Of a stretch of 64,000 bases of DNA, positions 9,447 through 19,408 are shown piece after piece. The stretch lies in contig CAZLFV010000001.1 of the NCBI GenBank assembly GCA_964558915.1, positions 6,313-70,312 of the forward strand, written 5' to 3'. Source of the stretch: an uncultured Eubacteriales bacterium (GTDB lineage Bacteria > Acidobacteriota > Aminicenantia > Aminicenantales > UBA8522). The position numbers and the translations under genes are program-made. How positions within the stretch are numbered: the first letter of the stretch is position 1; every line of letters begins with the position of its first letter. The notes beneath the pieces are model-generated. The model worked only from the letters and a program-made list of their open reading frames with translations. It was not told the DNA's origin and did not search any database.

Positions 9447-11011
9447 GTCATGTCATCGGCATCGATCTAGGCACGACCTTTTCCTGTGTGGCCTATCTGG
9501 AAGCTGCCCAGCCCAAAGTCATCCCCAATCTAGAGGGACAGCCGACAACCCCTTCGGTGGTGAGCTTCACTTCGTCCGGAGAACGTTTGGTCGGAAATCT
9601 GGCTCTGAGGCAGGCCATCACCAACCCCGAAAAAACAGTATTCGCCGTCAAAAGGCTGGTCGGCCGCAAATTCGATTCCGCTGAGGTCGCCGAGGCCATA
9701 ACAAGAATGCCCTACAAACTGGGACGGGCGCCGAACGGGGATGTCGTGGTCGTCGTCGACTCTCATGAGATCAGCCCTCAGGAAATTTCGGGAATGATTC
9801 TTTCCTATCTTAAGAGCTGCGCTGAGTCGTTCTTCGGGGAAGCCGTCAAGGAAGCTGTGATCACTGTCCCAGCTCATTTCGACGACCATCAGAGGCAGGC
9901 GACCAAGGATGCTGCCAAGATCGCCGGCCTCGATGTCCTCAGAGTCATCAACGAGCCGACGGCAGCAAGCCTGGCTTACGGTCTGGACACTCAGAACAAT
10001 GCAAGAGTGGCTGTTTTTGACATGGGCGGTGGAACCTTTGATATCACCCTTCTTGAAATTCAGGATACTGTGTTTCATGTCCTTTCAACCAACGGGGATT
10101 CCTATCTTGGGGGCGAAGACTTTGATAACCGCATCGTTTCGTGGCTGATTGACGACTTTAGGAAAGAACACGGCACCGATCTGCTCCAAGATAAGCTGGC
10201 ACTTCAGAGGATAAAAGAAGCGGCCGAGAGGGCCAAGCGAGAGCTTTCGTTTACTATGGAGAGTGAAATTAACCTTCCTTTCATCTCCTCTCTCTCGGGC
10301 GGCTCCAAGCATATCACCAAAAAAATCACTCGGCGGAAGCTTGAGGAGCTGACCGGAGACCTAGTTCAGAAGACGATCCCTCTCATAGAACAGGCGTTGG
10401 CCGACGCTCATCTAGAGCCTCCAGATATCCAGGAGATCATTCTGGTCGGCGGTCAGACCCGGATGCCCCTCCTCCGGAAGACGATCGCTGACTTTTTCGG
10501 CAGAAAGCCACGCGAAGACATCAATCCGGACGAAATTGTGGCCATGGGCGCGGCGATTCAGTCGGCCATACTGAAGGGGGATAAGAGCGGCCTTGTCCTC
10601 CTTCTTGATGTGACGCCATTTTCCCTGGGAATCGAGACGGAGAATGACATTTTTCAGGTCCTCATCGAGAAGAACACAACCATTCCGACAAAACGCACGA
10701 TGCCCTTCACGACGGTGGAGGACAATCAGATCCGGGTGACCGTTCACGTGCTTCAAGGGGAAGTGACCCAGGCATCAAAAAACAAATCTCTGGCCCGGTT
10801 TGACTTGGTCGGGATTCAGCCCGGGCCTGCGGGCGTTCCCCAGATTGACGTGACCTTCGAGATCGACGCCGACGGCATTTTGAAAGTCTCGGCTCAAGAT
10901 GTGATCACTGGCATGAACCAGGAAATTGAGATCAAGCCGTCCTCCGGACTGAGCCGAAATGAACTCGATGCCATTATTGAGAAAAATCGCTTGCAGCAGA
11001 AAAACCAATAA
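9443..11011 (+). CDS. dnaK: Hsp70 chaperone DnaK-like, naturally lacking the C-terminal helical lid
   Basis: 522 aa. GIDLGTTFSCVA, VITVPAHFDDHQRQATKDA, DMGGGTFD, linker LLLDVTPFSLGIE and the beta-sandwich. Ends about 20 residues after SSGL, and dnaJ starts 7 nt later. Confidence 0.9.
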   Translation: MSHVIGIDLGTTFSCVAYLEAAQPKVIPNLEGQPTTPSVVSFTSSGERLVGNLALRQAITNPEKTVFAVKRLVGRKFDSAEVAEAITRMPYKLGRAPNGDVVVVVDSHEISPQEISGMILSYLKSCAESFFGEAVKEAVITVPAHFDDHQRQATKDAAKIAGLDVLRVINEPTAASLAYGLDTQNNARVAVFDMGGGTFDITLLEIQDTVFHVLSTNGDSYLGGEDFDNRIVSWLIDDFRKEHGTDLLQDKLALQRIKEAAERAKRELSFTMESEINLPFISSLSGGSKHITKKITRRKLEELTGDLVQKTIPLIEQALADAHLEPPDIQEIILVGGQTRMPLLRKTIADFFGRKPREDINPDEIVAMGAAIQSAILKGDKSGLVLLLDVTPFSLGIETENDIFQVLIEKNTTIPTKRTMPFTTVEDNQIRVTVHVLQGEVTQASKNKSLARFDLVGIQPGPAGVPQIDVTFEIDADGILKVSAQDVITGMNQEIEIKPSSGLSRNELDAIIEKNRLQQKNQ

Positions 11012-11017
11012 GGCCAT

Positions 11018-12157
11018 ATGACGAAGAGAGATTATTATGATGTCCTGGGGGTGAGCAGGAATGCCTCCCAGGAAGAGCTTAAGCGGGCCTACCGTCAGCT
11101 CGCCTTGAAATTTCATCCTGATAGAAATCCTGGCAACAAGGAAGCAGAAGAGAAATTCAAGGAAGCGGCCGAAGCCTACAGCGTCCTCGGGGACGCGGAC
11201 AAAAGAGCAACCTATGACCGGTTTGGCCACGACGGGCTGAGAGAGCAGGGATTCACGGGGTTTTCCGGGTTCGACGCTTCAATCTTTGAGGGATTTGAGG
11301 ATATTTTTAGCGGCCTGGGCGATTTCTTTGGGTTCGGGGACATTTTCGGAACACGGGACCGCCGCAGGAGTCACTATCCCGAAAGAGGAAGAGACCTGGC
11401 TTTGGAATTGGAGATCACGCTAGAAGAGGCTGCCGCTGGAGTCGAAAAGGAGATTGGCCTGAACCGAGCCGAGGTGTGTCCGGCCTGCAGGGGCTCGGGA
11501 ATGCAGCCCGGAACGAGGAAGGTCGACTGCCCGACATGCCAGGGAAGAGGGCAGATGCGCTACCAACAGGGATTCTTTACGGTCTCGCGGACATGTTCTC
11601 ATTGCCGGGGAGCGGGAGAAATTATTTCTGCGCCTTGCCAGGAGTGCAAGGGCTCGGCGAAGGTCAAACAGAAAAGGACCCTCAAGATCAGGATTCCCCC
11701 GGGTGTCGATGATGGCTCACGCTTGCGCCTGGAGGGAGAAGGGGAGCCGGGAGAGGCGGGAGCGATCCGGGGCGACCTGTATGTCGTTATTCGCATCGCC
11801 AAGCATGATTTTTTTGAAAGGGAGGAAAACAATCTTTTTTGCCAGGTTGCCATTTCTTTTTCCCAGGCGGCCTTGGGAGCTCTGATTGAGGTGCCCGGTT
11901 TGGACGGCGAGGTCGAGCAGGTCAAGATTCATCCCGGGACACAATCGGGGGAAATACTCAGGCTGAAAGGGAAGGGCATTCAAGACGTTCGCAGCCACCG
12001 GCGTGGGGATCTTTATGTGAAAGCCCTGGTGAAAACGCCGGAAAATTTGTCCAAAGAAGAAAAGGCTGTATTGCGGCGACTCGCTGAGCTCAGGGGAGAA
12101 GACCTGGACAGGCCTGATCAGCATCTGATCCACAAGGTTAGAAATAATATTCATTAG
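11018..12157 (+). CDS. dnaJ: Co-chaperone DnaJ
   Basis: 379 aa. J domain with HPDRN, G/F-rich linker, four CxxCxGxG zinc-finger repeats. Confidence 0.95.
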   Translation: MTKRDYYDVLGVSRNASQEELKRAYRQLALKFHPDRNPGNKEAEEKFKEAAEAYSVLGDADKRATYDRFGHDGLREQGFTGFSGFDASIFEGFEDIFSGLGDFFGFGDIFGTRDRRRSHYPERGRDLALELEITLEEAAAGVEKEIGLNRAEVCPACRGSGMQPGTRKVDCPTCQGRGQMRYQQGFFTVSRTCSHCRGAGEIISAPCQECKGSAKVKQKRTLKIRIPPGVDDGSRLRLEGEGEPGEAGAIRGDLYVVIRIAKHDFFEREENNLFCQVAISFSQAALGALIEVPGLDGEVEQVKIHPGTQSGEILRLKGKGIQDVRSHRRGDLYVKALVKTPENLSKEEKAVLRRLAELRGEDLDRPDQHLIHKVRNNIH

Positions 12158-12165
12158 AGACCGGA

Positions 12166-12912
12166 TTGACATCGACCCATTTCTTCGTCAAACAGAAAAG
12201 CATCTCTTTCCCTTCCGCCGTTCTCGAAGGGGAGGAACACTATCACCTGGGCAGGGTTTTGAGGATAAAACCTGGAAAACGGGTCTGGCTCGTCGACGAG
12301 CAAGGGGAGCGCTACTTGGCTGAAGTCAGGGAAGTGGGCAAAAATCAGACCAAGCTCGCCATCCTGGAACACGCAGAAAAACCGGAAACGAAAATTCATC
12401 TGACTTTGGCCCAGGCGCTGATCAAGGCAAAAAAAATGGATTTTCTTGTCGAGAAAGCCACGGAGCTGGGAATGACAAATTTTATTCCGGTCGCCGCCAG
12501 CCGCTCTGTAGTAAAAATTCAGGAGAAAGAAGCGAAAAAAATAGAGCGGTGGCAGAAGATAGCGGCCAGCGCGGTCAAGCAAAGTCGACGGGCTCTCGTG
12601 CCGATCATTCAACCCGTTCAACCGTATCGTTCATTTATCAGGAGCAGGCAGGAGAAGAGAAAGCTCATTCTGTGCGAGGCCTTAGGCAGGTACTTGCGCG
12701 AGATCCTGGCCGACGGGCTGGAGAGCCCTGCAAACGCTGGAATTCCATCCGTTATCATTGCGGTCGGCCCCGAAGGAGGCTGGACCGAGGAGGAAGTCGG
12801 TATTGCTCTCGAGAACGGGTTTGAGCCTGTCAGCTTGGGCAAGGAGGTTTTAAGGTCGGAAACTGCCGCCTTAGCCGCCTTGGCTATGGTCTCTCATTTT
12901 TGGTCGTCCTGA
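12166..12912 (+). CDS. rsmE: 16S rRNA (uracil1498-N3)-methyltransferase RsmE
   Basis: 248 aa, TTG start. HFFV N-terminus, KMDFLVEKATELG and GPEGGW motifs. Confidence 0.85.
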   Translation: MTSTHFFVKQKSISFPSAVLEGEEHYHLGRVLRIKPGKRVWLVDEQGERYLAEVREVGKNQTKLAILEHAEKPETKIHLTLAQALIKAKKMDFLVEKATELGMTNFIPVAASRSVVKIQEKEAKKIERWQKIAASAVKQSRRALVPIIQPVQPYRSFIRSRQEKRKLILCEALGRYLREILADGLESPANAGIPSVIIAVGPEGGWTEEEVGIALENGFEPVSLGKEVLRSETAALAALAMVSHFWSS

Positions 12913-12913
12913 A

Positions 12914-13852
12914 ATGTTTCTTCAAGGTCAGAAAGTCGGCAAATACGAGATCATCCGCTCGCTCGGCAGCGGGGGGTTCGGCTCTGTGTATCTGGCAAAA
13001 GATACATGGTTGGATATCAAAGTGGCCATCAAGGTCCCTCATAAACAATCGGCCGAGCTCTACAAACTTCTTAAAGAGCCGCGTCTTCAGGCTGCCCTGA
13101 ACCATCCGAACATCGTCCGGATGATCGCGGCAGAAAAAGAGAACAAGGTTTTTTTCATGGTGATGGAATTTGTCAAAGGCAAGACGCTGGAGAAGATTTT
13201 GGAGAAGGAGAAGGTTCTGGAGTGTGAAAAAGCCGTGGATTATATCAAGCAAATCGCTCAGGGCGTCGATCATGCCCATAAAAACAAAATCATCCATCGC
13301 GACCTTCGGCCTTCTAACATCATGATTTCCGAGGACGGGACGGCCAAGATCACGGATTTCGGGACTTCGGCGTGGCTGAATAATGTCCCCTACGCCTCGA
13401 CCCGAATCGGTAGCCCCCCCTATATGGCCCCCGAGCAGTTCTTAGGCAAGGCAAGCTATCAGTCCGATGTCTATTCTCTCGGATGCATTTTCTATGAGAT
13501 GATCGTCGGCCGGCCTCCCATTTTCGACCCGGACCCATTTAAAATTCTGGAAAAGGCCCAGCAGGGACTGATCACCCCGCCGAGGATCAGAAATAGTAAA
13601 ATTCCGCGGGAAATCGACGAAATTATTATGAGATGTCTGGCCTCCAAAGTCGAAGACCGTTATGAGAGGGTTTCCGAGTTGGTTCGCGCGTTGGCCTCTC
13701 TCAAGGGCAAGGAAACCGACCGGGAAGAAATTGTGGATATCCTTAGCCGGATCAGAGCAAGGGAGCAGACGAAAACAGGACTCTGCTGGAACTGCCGCCG
13801 GCCCCTGCCCATTAAGACCAGGAACTGTCCCCACTGCGGTGAGGTGAATTGA
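12914..13852 (+). CDS. Ser/Thr protein kinase with C-terminal zinc-ribbon
   Basis: 312 aa. GSGGFGSVY...VAIKV, HRDLRPSN, DFG, SPPYMAPE. C-terminal CWNC...CPHC. Starts 1 nt after the rsmE stop. Confidence 0.85.
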   Translation: MFLQGQKVGKYEIIRSLGSGGFGSVYLAKDTWLDIKVAIKVPHKQSAELYKLLKEPRLQAALNHPNIVRMIAAEKENKVFFMVMEFVKGKTLEKILEKEKVLECEKAVDYIKQIAQGVDHAHKNKIIHRDLRPSNIMISEDGTAKITDFGTSAWLNNVPYASTRIGSPPYMAPEQFLGKASYQSDVYSLGCIFYEMIVGRPPIFDPDPFKILEKAQQGLITPPRIRNSKIPREIDEIIMRCLASKVEDRYERVSELVRALASLKGKETDREEIVDILSRIRAREQTKTGLCWNCRRPLPIKTRNCPHCGEVN

Positions 13853-13953
13853 GCCTCCGAGCAGGGGCCGAGACCGGCGTTTGACTTAGCTATTTGATTC
13901 AGATAATATTGAGTTGAAAACTCCGATGTTTCGATTTCAGCGAGGAGTCATCG

Positions 13954-14880
13954 ATGAGTCCATTTGACGAGAACGGGAAAATTTGGATGAACGGCCAGCT
14001 TGTTCCCTGGAAGGACGCCAAAATCCACATCGCCTCTCATGTCATTCATTACGGAAGCTCCATTTTTGAGGGCTTCCGGGCTTATGCAACTCCCAAGGGC
14101 ACGGCGATCTTCCGTCTCGACGCTCATACCCGGCGCTTGTTCCACTCCTGCAAGATGTACCGAATGAACATCCCCTACACTATGGAGGAACTCAATCGGG
14201 CCATTATCGAGACAATCCGGGCCAATAACATGAAATCTTGCTACATCCGGCCGATCGTCTATCGCGGTTACACGGCTCTTGGAGTGGATCCTTTTCCCAA
14301 TCCCGTTGACTGCGCCATCCTTGTCTGGAATTGGGGCAAATACCTGGGCGATGAAGCCCTGGAAAACGGCGTGGATGTCAAGGTGTCTTCCTGGTGGCGG
14401 ATGGCTCCTAATACATTTCCAGCCCTGGCCAAGTCCGGCGCGAACTACATGAATTCCCAGCTCATTAAAATGGAGGCTCTTTTGGACGGATATGCCGAGG
14501 GCATTGCCTTGAATATTCGGGGCCATATCAGCGAAGGCAGCGGGGAAAATATTTTTCTCGTTTACAATGGCGCTATCTATACGCCTCCCTTGTCCTCCTC
14601 GGTTTTGCCTGGAATCACCAGGGATTCAGTAATCGTGTTGATCAGGGAAAAGGGGATGCGGCTCATTGAAGAGACTATTCCGAGGGAAATGTTATATATC
14701 GCCGACGAGGTTTTTTTCACCGGGTCCGCCGCGGAGATTACGCCAATCCGATCAGTCGACAAGATCAAGATCGGAGAAGGCAAGCGCGGCCCGGTGGTCA
14801 AATTGCTCCAAGATGAATTTTTTAATTATATCAATGGCCAACGGGAGGACACATTTCATTGGTTGACATATATAAAATAA
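13954..14880 (+). CDS. ilvE: Branched-chain amino acid aminotransferase
   Basis: 308 aa. Fold-type IV PLP enzyme pattern ([27 protein letters not shown]). GAGGAG SD. Confidence 0.9.
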   Translation: MSPFDENGKIWMNGQLVPWKDAKIHIASHVIHYGSSIFEGFRAYATPKGTAIFRLDAHTRRLFHSCKMYRMNIPYTMEELNRAIIETIRANNMKSCYIRPIVYRGYTALGVDPFPNPVDCAILVWNWGKYLGDEALENGVDVKVSSWWRMAPNTFPALAKSGANYMNSQLIKMEALLDGYAEGIALNIRGHISEGSGENIFLVYNGAIYTPPLSSSVLPGITRDSVIVLIREKGMRLIEETIPREMLYIADEVFFTGSAAEITPIRSVDKIKIGEGKRGPVVKLLQDEFFNYINGQREDTFHWLTYIK

Positions 14881-14892
14881 ACGAGGTGGAGC

Positions 14893-16056
14893 ATGGAAAT
14901 TGATGAACTCCTAAAAATCGCTATCGAACGGGATGCCTCTGACCTTCATCTGAAGGCCGGCAACCATCCCATCATCCGCGTCCATGGGACACTTATCTCG
15001 CTCACCGGGTTCCCTCGGCTGACATCCAAGGATACCCAGGAGCTGGGTGATCAACTGATGACGGATTACCAGAAATCAAGAATAAAGGAAGATTTTGACC
15101 TCGACCTGGCCTACAGCCTGCCCGGGTTTGGCCGGTTCCGGGGGAGCATCTTTCAGCAGCGAGGTTCTCTTGCCATCGCTCTCCGGATTATCCCTCTCGA
15201 AGTAAAAACTATCCGGGGGCTCCTTCTGCCCGAGGTCCTGGAAAAAATCTCCTTGCTCCAGAGAGGTTTGGTCCTGTGCACAGGAACGACGGGAAGCGGC
15301 AAAACAACGACTCTCGCTGCCATGATTGACTATATTAACACCCATCGTAGAGAAAATATCATCACCATCGAGGACCCGATCGAATACCTGCATAAAGACA
15401 AAAAGAGCACGATCAGCCAGCGGGAAGTTGGGATGGATGTCACTTCGTTCTCCCGAGGGCTGCGGGCGACCCTGCGTGAGGATCCGGACGTCATCCTCGT
15501 CGGCGAAATGAGAGACCTGGACACGATCGAAACGGCCATCCTGGCTGCAGAAACCGGACATCTCGTCTTCAGCACCCTCCACACCCTCGACGCTCCTGAA
15601 AGCATCAACCGCATCGTCGCCGTTTTCGCCCCCCATCATCAGAGAGCAGTTCGCCTGCAGCTGGCCAGCATCCTCAAGGCCGTCATCTCCCAAAGGCTGG
15701 TCCCTCGTATGGATGGGCAGGGACGGGTGCCGGCCGTCGAGGTGATGATCACCACACCCTATATTCAGGACTGTATCCAGGACAAAGAAAAAACAAGCCT
15801 GATCCGCGACGCCATCACTGCCGGAGTCTCTCAATACAGCATGCAGACCTTTGACCAGTCCATTTTTCAGCTGTACCGGGACGGCTACATCTCCTTTGAG
15901 CAGGGACTGCGCTACTCCACCAACCCGGACAACTTCAAGCTGCGGGTGATGGGCATCCAGTCCACCCTGGACATTGCTCTTGAAGAGATGGAACAGGGCA
16001 TGGGAAAAGTCGAAAGAGGAGAACCCGGGGGGACCACAGAAGAAGAGACTCCATGA
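14893..16056 (+). CDS. pilT: Type IV pilus retraction ATPase PilT
   Basis: 387 aa. ASDLHL, Walker A GTTGSGKTTT, DPDVILVGEMRD, PilT-type AIRNLIRE-like region. Confidence 0.9.
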   Translation: MEIDELLKIAIERDASDLHLKAGNHPIIRVHGTLISLTGFPRLTSKDTQELGDQLMTDYQKSRIKEDFDLDLAYSLPGFGRFRGSIFQQRGSLAIALRIIPLEVKTIRGLLLPEVLEKISLLQRGLVLCTGTTGSGKTTTLAAMIDYINTHRRENIITIEDPIEYLHKDKKSTISQREVGMDVTSFSRGLRATLREDPDVILVGEMRDLDTIETAILAAETGHLVFSTLHTLDAPESINRIVAVFAPHHQRAVRLQLASILKAVISQRLVPRMDGQGRVPAVEVMITTPYIQDCIQDKEKTSLIRDAITAGVSQYSMQTFDQSIFQLYRDGYISFEQGLRYSTNPDNFKLRVMGIQSTLDIALEEMEQGMGKVERGEPGGTTEEETP

Positions 16057-18752
16057 AAGCCCGGGAGATCAGAGAAGCCTTTCTCGACTTCTTCTCCAAG
16101 AAAAATCACAAGATCATCCCCAGCTCCTCTCTATTGCCCAAGGACGACCCGACTATCCTCTTTACCAACGCCGGGATGAATCAGTTCAAGAATGTTTTCC
16201 TTGGACTGGAGAAGAGGAGCTACAAGAGGGCCGCTTCCGCGCAGAAGTGCCTCCGCGTTTCGGGGAAGCACAACGATTTGGAGCAAGTCGGGAAGACGAA
16301 CAAGCACCACACCTTTTTTGAGATGCTCGGGAATTTCTCTTTCGGAGATTATTTCAAGAAGGAGGCCATCGCCTTTGCCTGGGAGCTCGTCACCGAAGTC
16401 TTCAGGCTCAAAGAAGACCGCCTCTATGCGACAATTTATGAAGAAGATGATGAAGCCTTCCGGGTTTGGAACGCAGATATCGGCCTTCCAGAAGAACGGA
16501 TTTTCAGGTTTGGCAAAGAAGATAATTTTTGGGCCATGGGAGAAACAGGGCCGTGCGGGCCGTGTTCGGAAATCCATTATGATATCGACCCCCGTCTGGA
16601 AGAGGGCCAGCCCCACGACCTGATAGAGAAGGGGAGCGACCGGTTCGTGGAGCTTTGGAACCTGGTGTTCATGCAGTATTTCCAGTCAGAGAACGGGGCG
16701 CTGCATCCTCTTCCTTCTCCGTCGATCGATACGGGAATGGGGCTGGAACGGACCTCCGCCGCCCTGCAGCGAAAACGGAGCAATTTTGATACCGACCTTT
16801 TCCATCCTTTGATCGGGGATATCTGCGAAATGGCTCAGAGAGAATATCCGTCGGACGAGTCGGGCGATATTTCGGTAAGGATCATCGCCGACCATGTCCG
16901 GGCCATCACCTTTTTGATTGGGGACGGCATTATGCCTTCCAACGAGGGCCGGGGATATGTCTTGCGGCGCCTCATCCGGCGGGCTTTTCGGCAGGGGAAT
17001 CTGTTGGGTATAGAAAAACCCTTCGTTCATCGGCTTGTCGGCAGAGTCGCCGATATTATGAAGGACGCCTATCCGGAGCTCCTGACCTCTATCACCTACA
17101 TTTCCCGTCTCTGCCTTTCCGAAGAAGAGAGGTTTGCTCTGACACTATCTTCTGGGCTGCGCTATTTTGAGCAGTTCACTGAGGAGGCCAGGAAGGCCGG
17201 CCGAACCCGGCTCGCCGGTCCCGAGATTTTCAGGCTTTATGACACGTTCGGTTTTCCGCTCGATCTTTCTCAAGAGTTGGCCCTGGAAAAGAACCTGGGT
17301 GTGGATGAGCAGGGATTCTATAATGAACTGGAGAAACAAAAAGAGAGGGCCCGAGCCTCCTGGAAGGGAGACTCCCAGACAGAAGAACTCAAGGCCTACC
17401 GCGGGATGAAAAAACTCCGGGTGGTCTATAAAGGCTATGAGACGGAGCATGTGAGCGATGCTGGAGTTTTGGCCATTGTCAAAGACGGGAAGGAGGTCAA
17501 GGAGCTTAAAAAAGGGGAGACCGGGCAAGTCGTTCTCTCCATGACGCCCTTTTATGCTCAGGCCGGAGGCCAGGTGGGGGATAGCGGCCGGCTTCAGAAT
17601 CCTCACTTTTCTGGGCTGGTCGAGGATGCTTTCTTTCCTGTACCAGACGTGATTGCCCATCGGGTCCGGATCATCTCCGGCGAACTGCATGTCGGTGACA
17701 AAGTTGATGCCTCTGTCGAAGCAACCCGGCGCAAAGCCATTAGCAACAACCATACTGCAACCCATCTCCTTCATGCCGCTCTGCGCCAGGTTCTTGGCGA
17801 CCATGTCAAGCAAGCTGGCTCTCTGGTCTCAGAAGGACGATTGCGGTTTGATTTCACTCATTTTTCTCCTCTCAGCCGGCCGGAGATTCAGAAAGTCGAA
17901 AGCCTAGTCAACCAGAAAATTCAGGAAAACCTTAAGGTCGAGACAAAGCTGACGACGCTTGAGAGTGGGTTGAAGGAAGGCGCGATGGCGATCTTCGAGG
18001 AAAAATACGGAGAAGAGGTGAGGCTGGTTCGTGTGGGAGATTTCAGCAAAGAGCTTTGCGGCGGCGTGCACGTCGGGGCGACCGGAGAAATCGGGTTCTT
18101 CAAGATCATCTCTGAATCGAGCATCGCTGCCGGAATGCGCCGGATAGAGGCAGTAACGGGCGAGGAGGCTTTGCGTTACGCTCAAGAAATGGAGGAGCTG
18201 TTGACTGATATCCAAGCGGCTTTGAGCAGCCCGCGAAAGGAGATCCTCCGCCATCTTGACAAGATGCAGAGCCAGCTTGAAGAAAAAGAGAAAGAGAGCA
18301 GAGCTTTACGGCAAAAGCTCGGCCGCCTCGAAGCTCAGGAGAGCCGGGAGAATATTCGCATGGTCAACGGAATTCCCGTCTTGGCGCAGCGATTAGAAGG
18401 CCTGACCGCCGAGGAGCTCCGCGGCCTGGCTGATTCTCTCAAACAAAAAATCGGCTCCGGGGTGGTTGTCCTTGGCGCTGCCGCGCAAGCCAAGGCTTTT
18501 CTCGTTGTCTCTGTGACTCAGGACCTTGTCGAGCGCATCCGGGCGGATGAGCTCATCCGGGAGATCGCTCCGTTCATCGGGGGCGGTGGCGGTGGACGAG
18601 CGGACTTTGCCCAGGCCGGAGGGAAGAAGGTGGAATTGTTGGACCAGGCCCTGGAAAGGAGCTATTCCATAGTTGAAAAAATGACTGGGACCGATAGACC
18701 AGAAGCGGAAAAATCACCCAAAAAGGTGATTGTCAAACGCCGCTCTTTCTGA
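16053..18752 (+). CDS. alaS: Alanine--tRNA ligase
   Basis: 899 aa. FTNAGMNQFK, KHHTFFEMLGNFSFGDYFK, editing-domain HTATHLLH...GGVHV, C-terminal GGGGG DHHA1 region. Confidence 0.97.
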   Translation: MKAREIREAFLDFFSKKNHKIIPSSSLLPKDDPTILFTNAGMNQFKNVFLGLEKRSYKRAASAQKCLRVSGKHNDLEQVGKTNKHHTFFEMLGNFSFGDYFKKEAIAFAWELVTEVFRLKEDRLYATIYEEDDEAFRVWNADIGLPEERIFRFGKEDNFWAMGETGPCGPCSEIHYDIDPRLEEGQPHDLIEKGSDRFVELWNLVFMQYFQSENGALHPLPSPSIDTGMGLERTSAALQRKRSNFDTDLFHPLIGDICEMAQREYPSDESGDISVRIIADHVRAITFLIGDGIMPSNEGRGYVLRRLIRRAFRQGNLLGIEKPFVHRLVGRVADIMKDAYPELLTSITYISRLCLSEEERFALTLSSGLRYFEQFTEEARKAGRTRLAGPEIFRLYDTFGFPLDLSQELALEKNLGVDEQGFYNELEKQKERARASWKGDSQTEELKAYRGMKKLRVVYKGYETEHVSDAGVLAIVKDGKEVKELKKGETGQVVLSMTPFYAQAGGQVGDSGRLQNPHFSGLVEDAFFPVPDVIAHRVRIISGELHVGDKVDASVEATRRKAISNNHTATHLLHAALRQVLGDHVKQAGSLVSEGRLRFDFTHFSPLSRPEIQKVESLVNQKIQENLKVETKLTTLESGLKEGAMAIFEEKYGEEVRLVRVGDFSKELCGGVHVGATGEIGFFKIISESSIAAGMRRIEAVTGEEALRYAQEMEELLTDIQAALSSPRKEILRHLDKMQSQLEEKEKESRALRQKLGRLEAQESRENIRMVNGIPVLAQRLEGLTAEELRGLADSLKQKIGSGVVVLGAAAQAKAFLVVSVTQDLVERIRADELIREIAPFIGGGGGGRADFAQAGGKKVELLDQALERSYSIVEKMTGTDRPEAEKSPKKVIVKRRSF

Positions 18753-18783
18753 CAAGATAGGCAAGGATGAGCAGGACGAGGAC

Positions 18784-19377
18784 ATGCTGATTATTTTAAG
18801 GCGGAAACCATTGTGTTGGATTTTTGGGGTTGGTTTAATCGCTCTGTGTCTGTTTCCTTCGCCGCTCGAAGCAACGTCTCAGGATGAAATGAAGCAGATG
18901 TATGATCCGATCATCAAGATTTATGGCCGCAGATATAATGTCCCCTCCGACCTCATTCACTCTGTCATTGCCGCTGAGTCTGCCTATAACAGCCGGGCTG
19001 TTTCTCCCAAGGGAGCGGCGGGGTTGATGCAGCTCATGCCCGAAACAGCTGCCCGGTACGGAGTCCAGGATAGATTTAATGCCGAACAAAACATTATGGG
19101 CGGCGTCCAATACCTCAGGGACTTGTGCCGGCTTTATAGGAACAGGACCAATCTTGTCCTGGCGGCTTATAATGCCGGCCAAGACGCCTTGAAAAAGTTT
19201 AATGGCATCCCTCCTTACCCTGAGACGAGAGAATATATCCGCAGGGTGATGGCCTCTTATTCAAATCCATGGATTAAAGGCGGGACACCCGTCCGGAGGA
19301 TCACGTCACCCGACGGCAAAGCCATCTTTACTAACGACCCCTACTACCATCTGAATATCCGGAAAGATAATCAATAG
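18784..19377 (+). CDS. Lytic transglycosylase (SLT domain) with signal anchor
   Basis: AESAYNSRAVSPKGAAGLMQLMP and AAYNAG motifs. ATG at 18784 gives a hydrophobic N-terminus. The ORF from 18730 overlaps alaS. Confidence 0.8.
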   Translation: MLIILRRKPLCWIFGVGLIALCLFPSPLEATSQDEMKQMYDPIIKIYGRRYNVPSDLIHSVIAAESAYNSRAVSPKGAAGLMQLMPETAARYGVQDRFNAEQNIMGGVQYLRDLCRLYRNRTNLVLAAYNAGQDALKKFNGIPPYPETREYIRRVMASYSNPWIKGGTPVRRITSPDGKAIFTNDPYYHLNIRKDNQ

Positions 19378-19408
19378 GGGTTCACGTCTTTTTTGCCAGC
19401 GAGTCATC

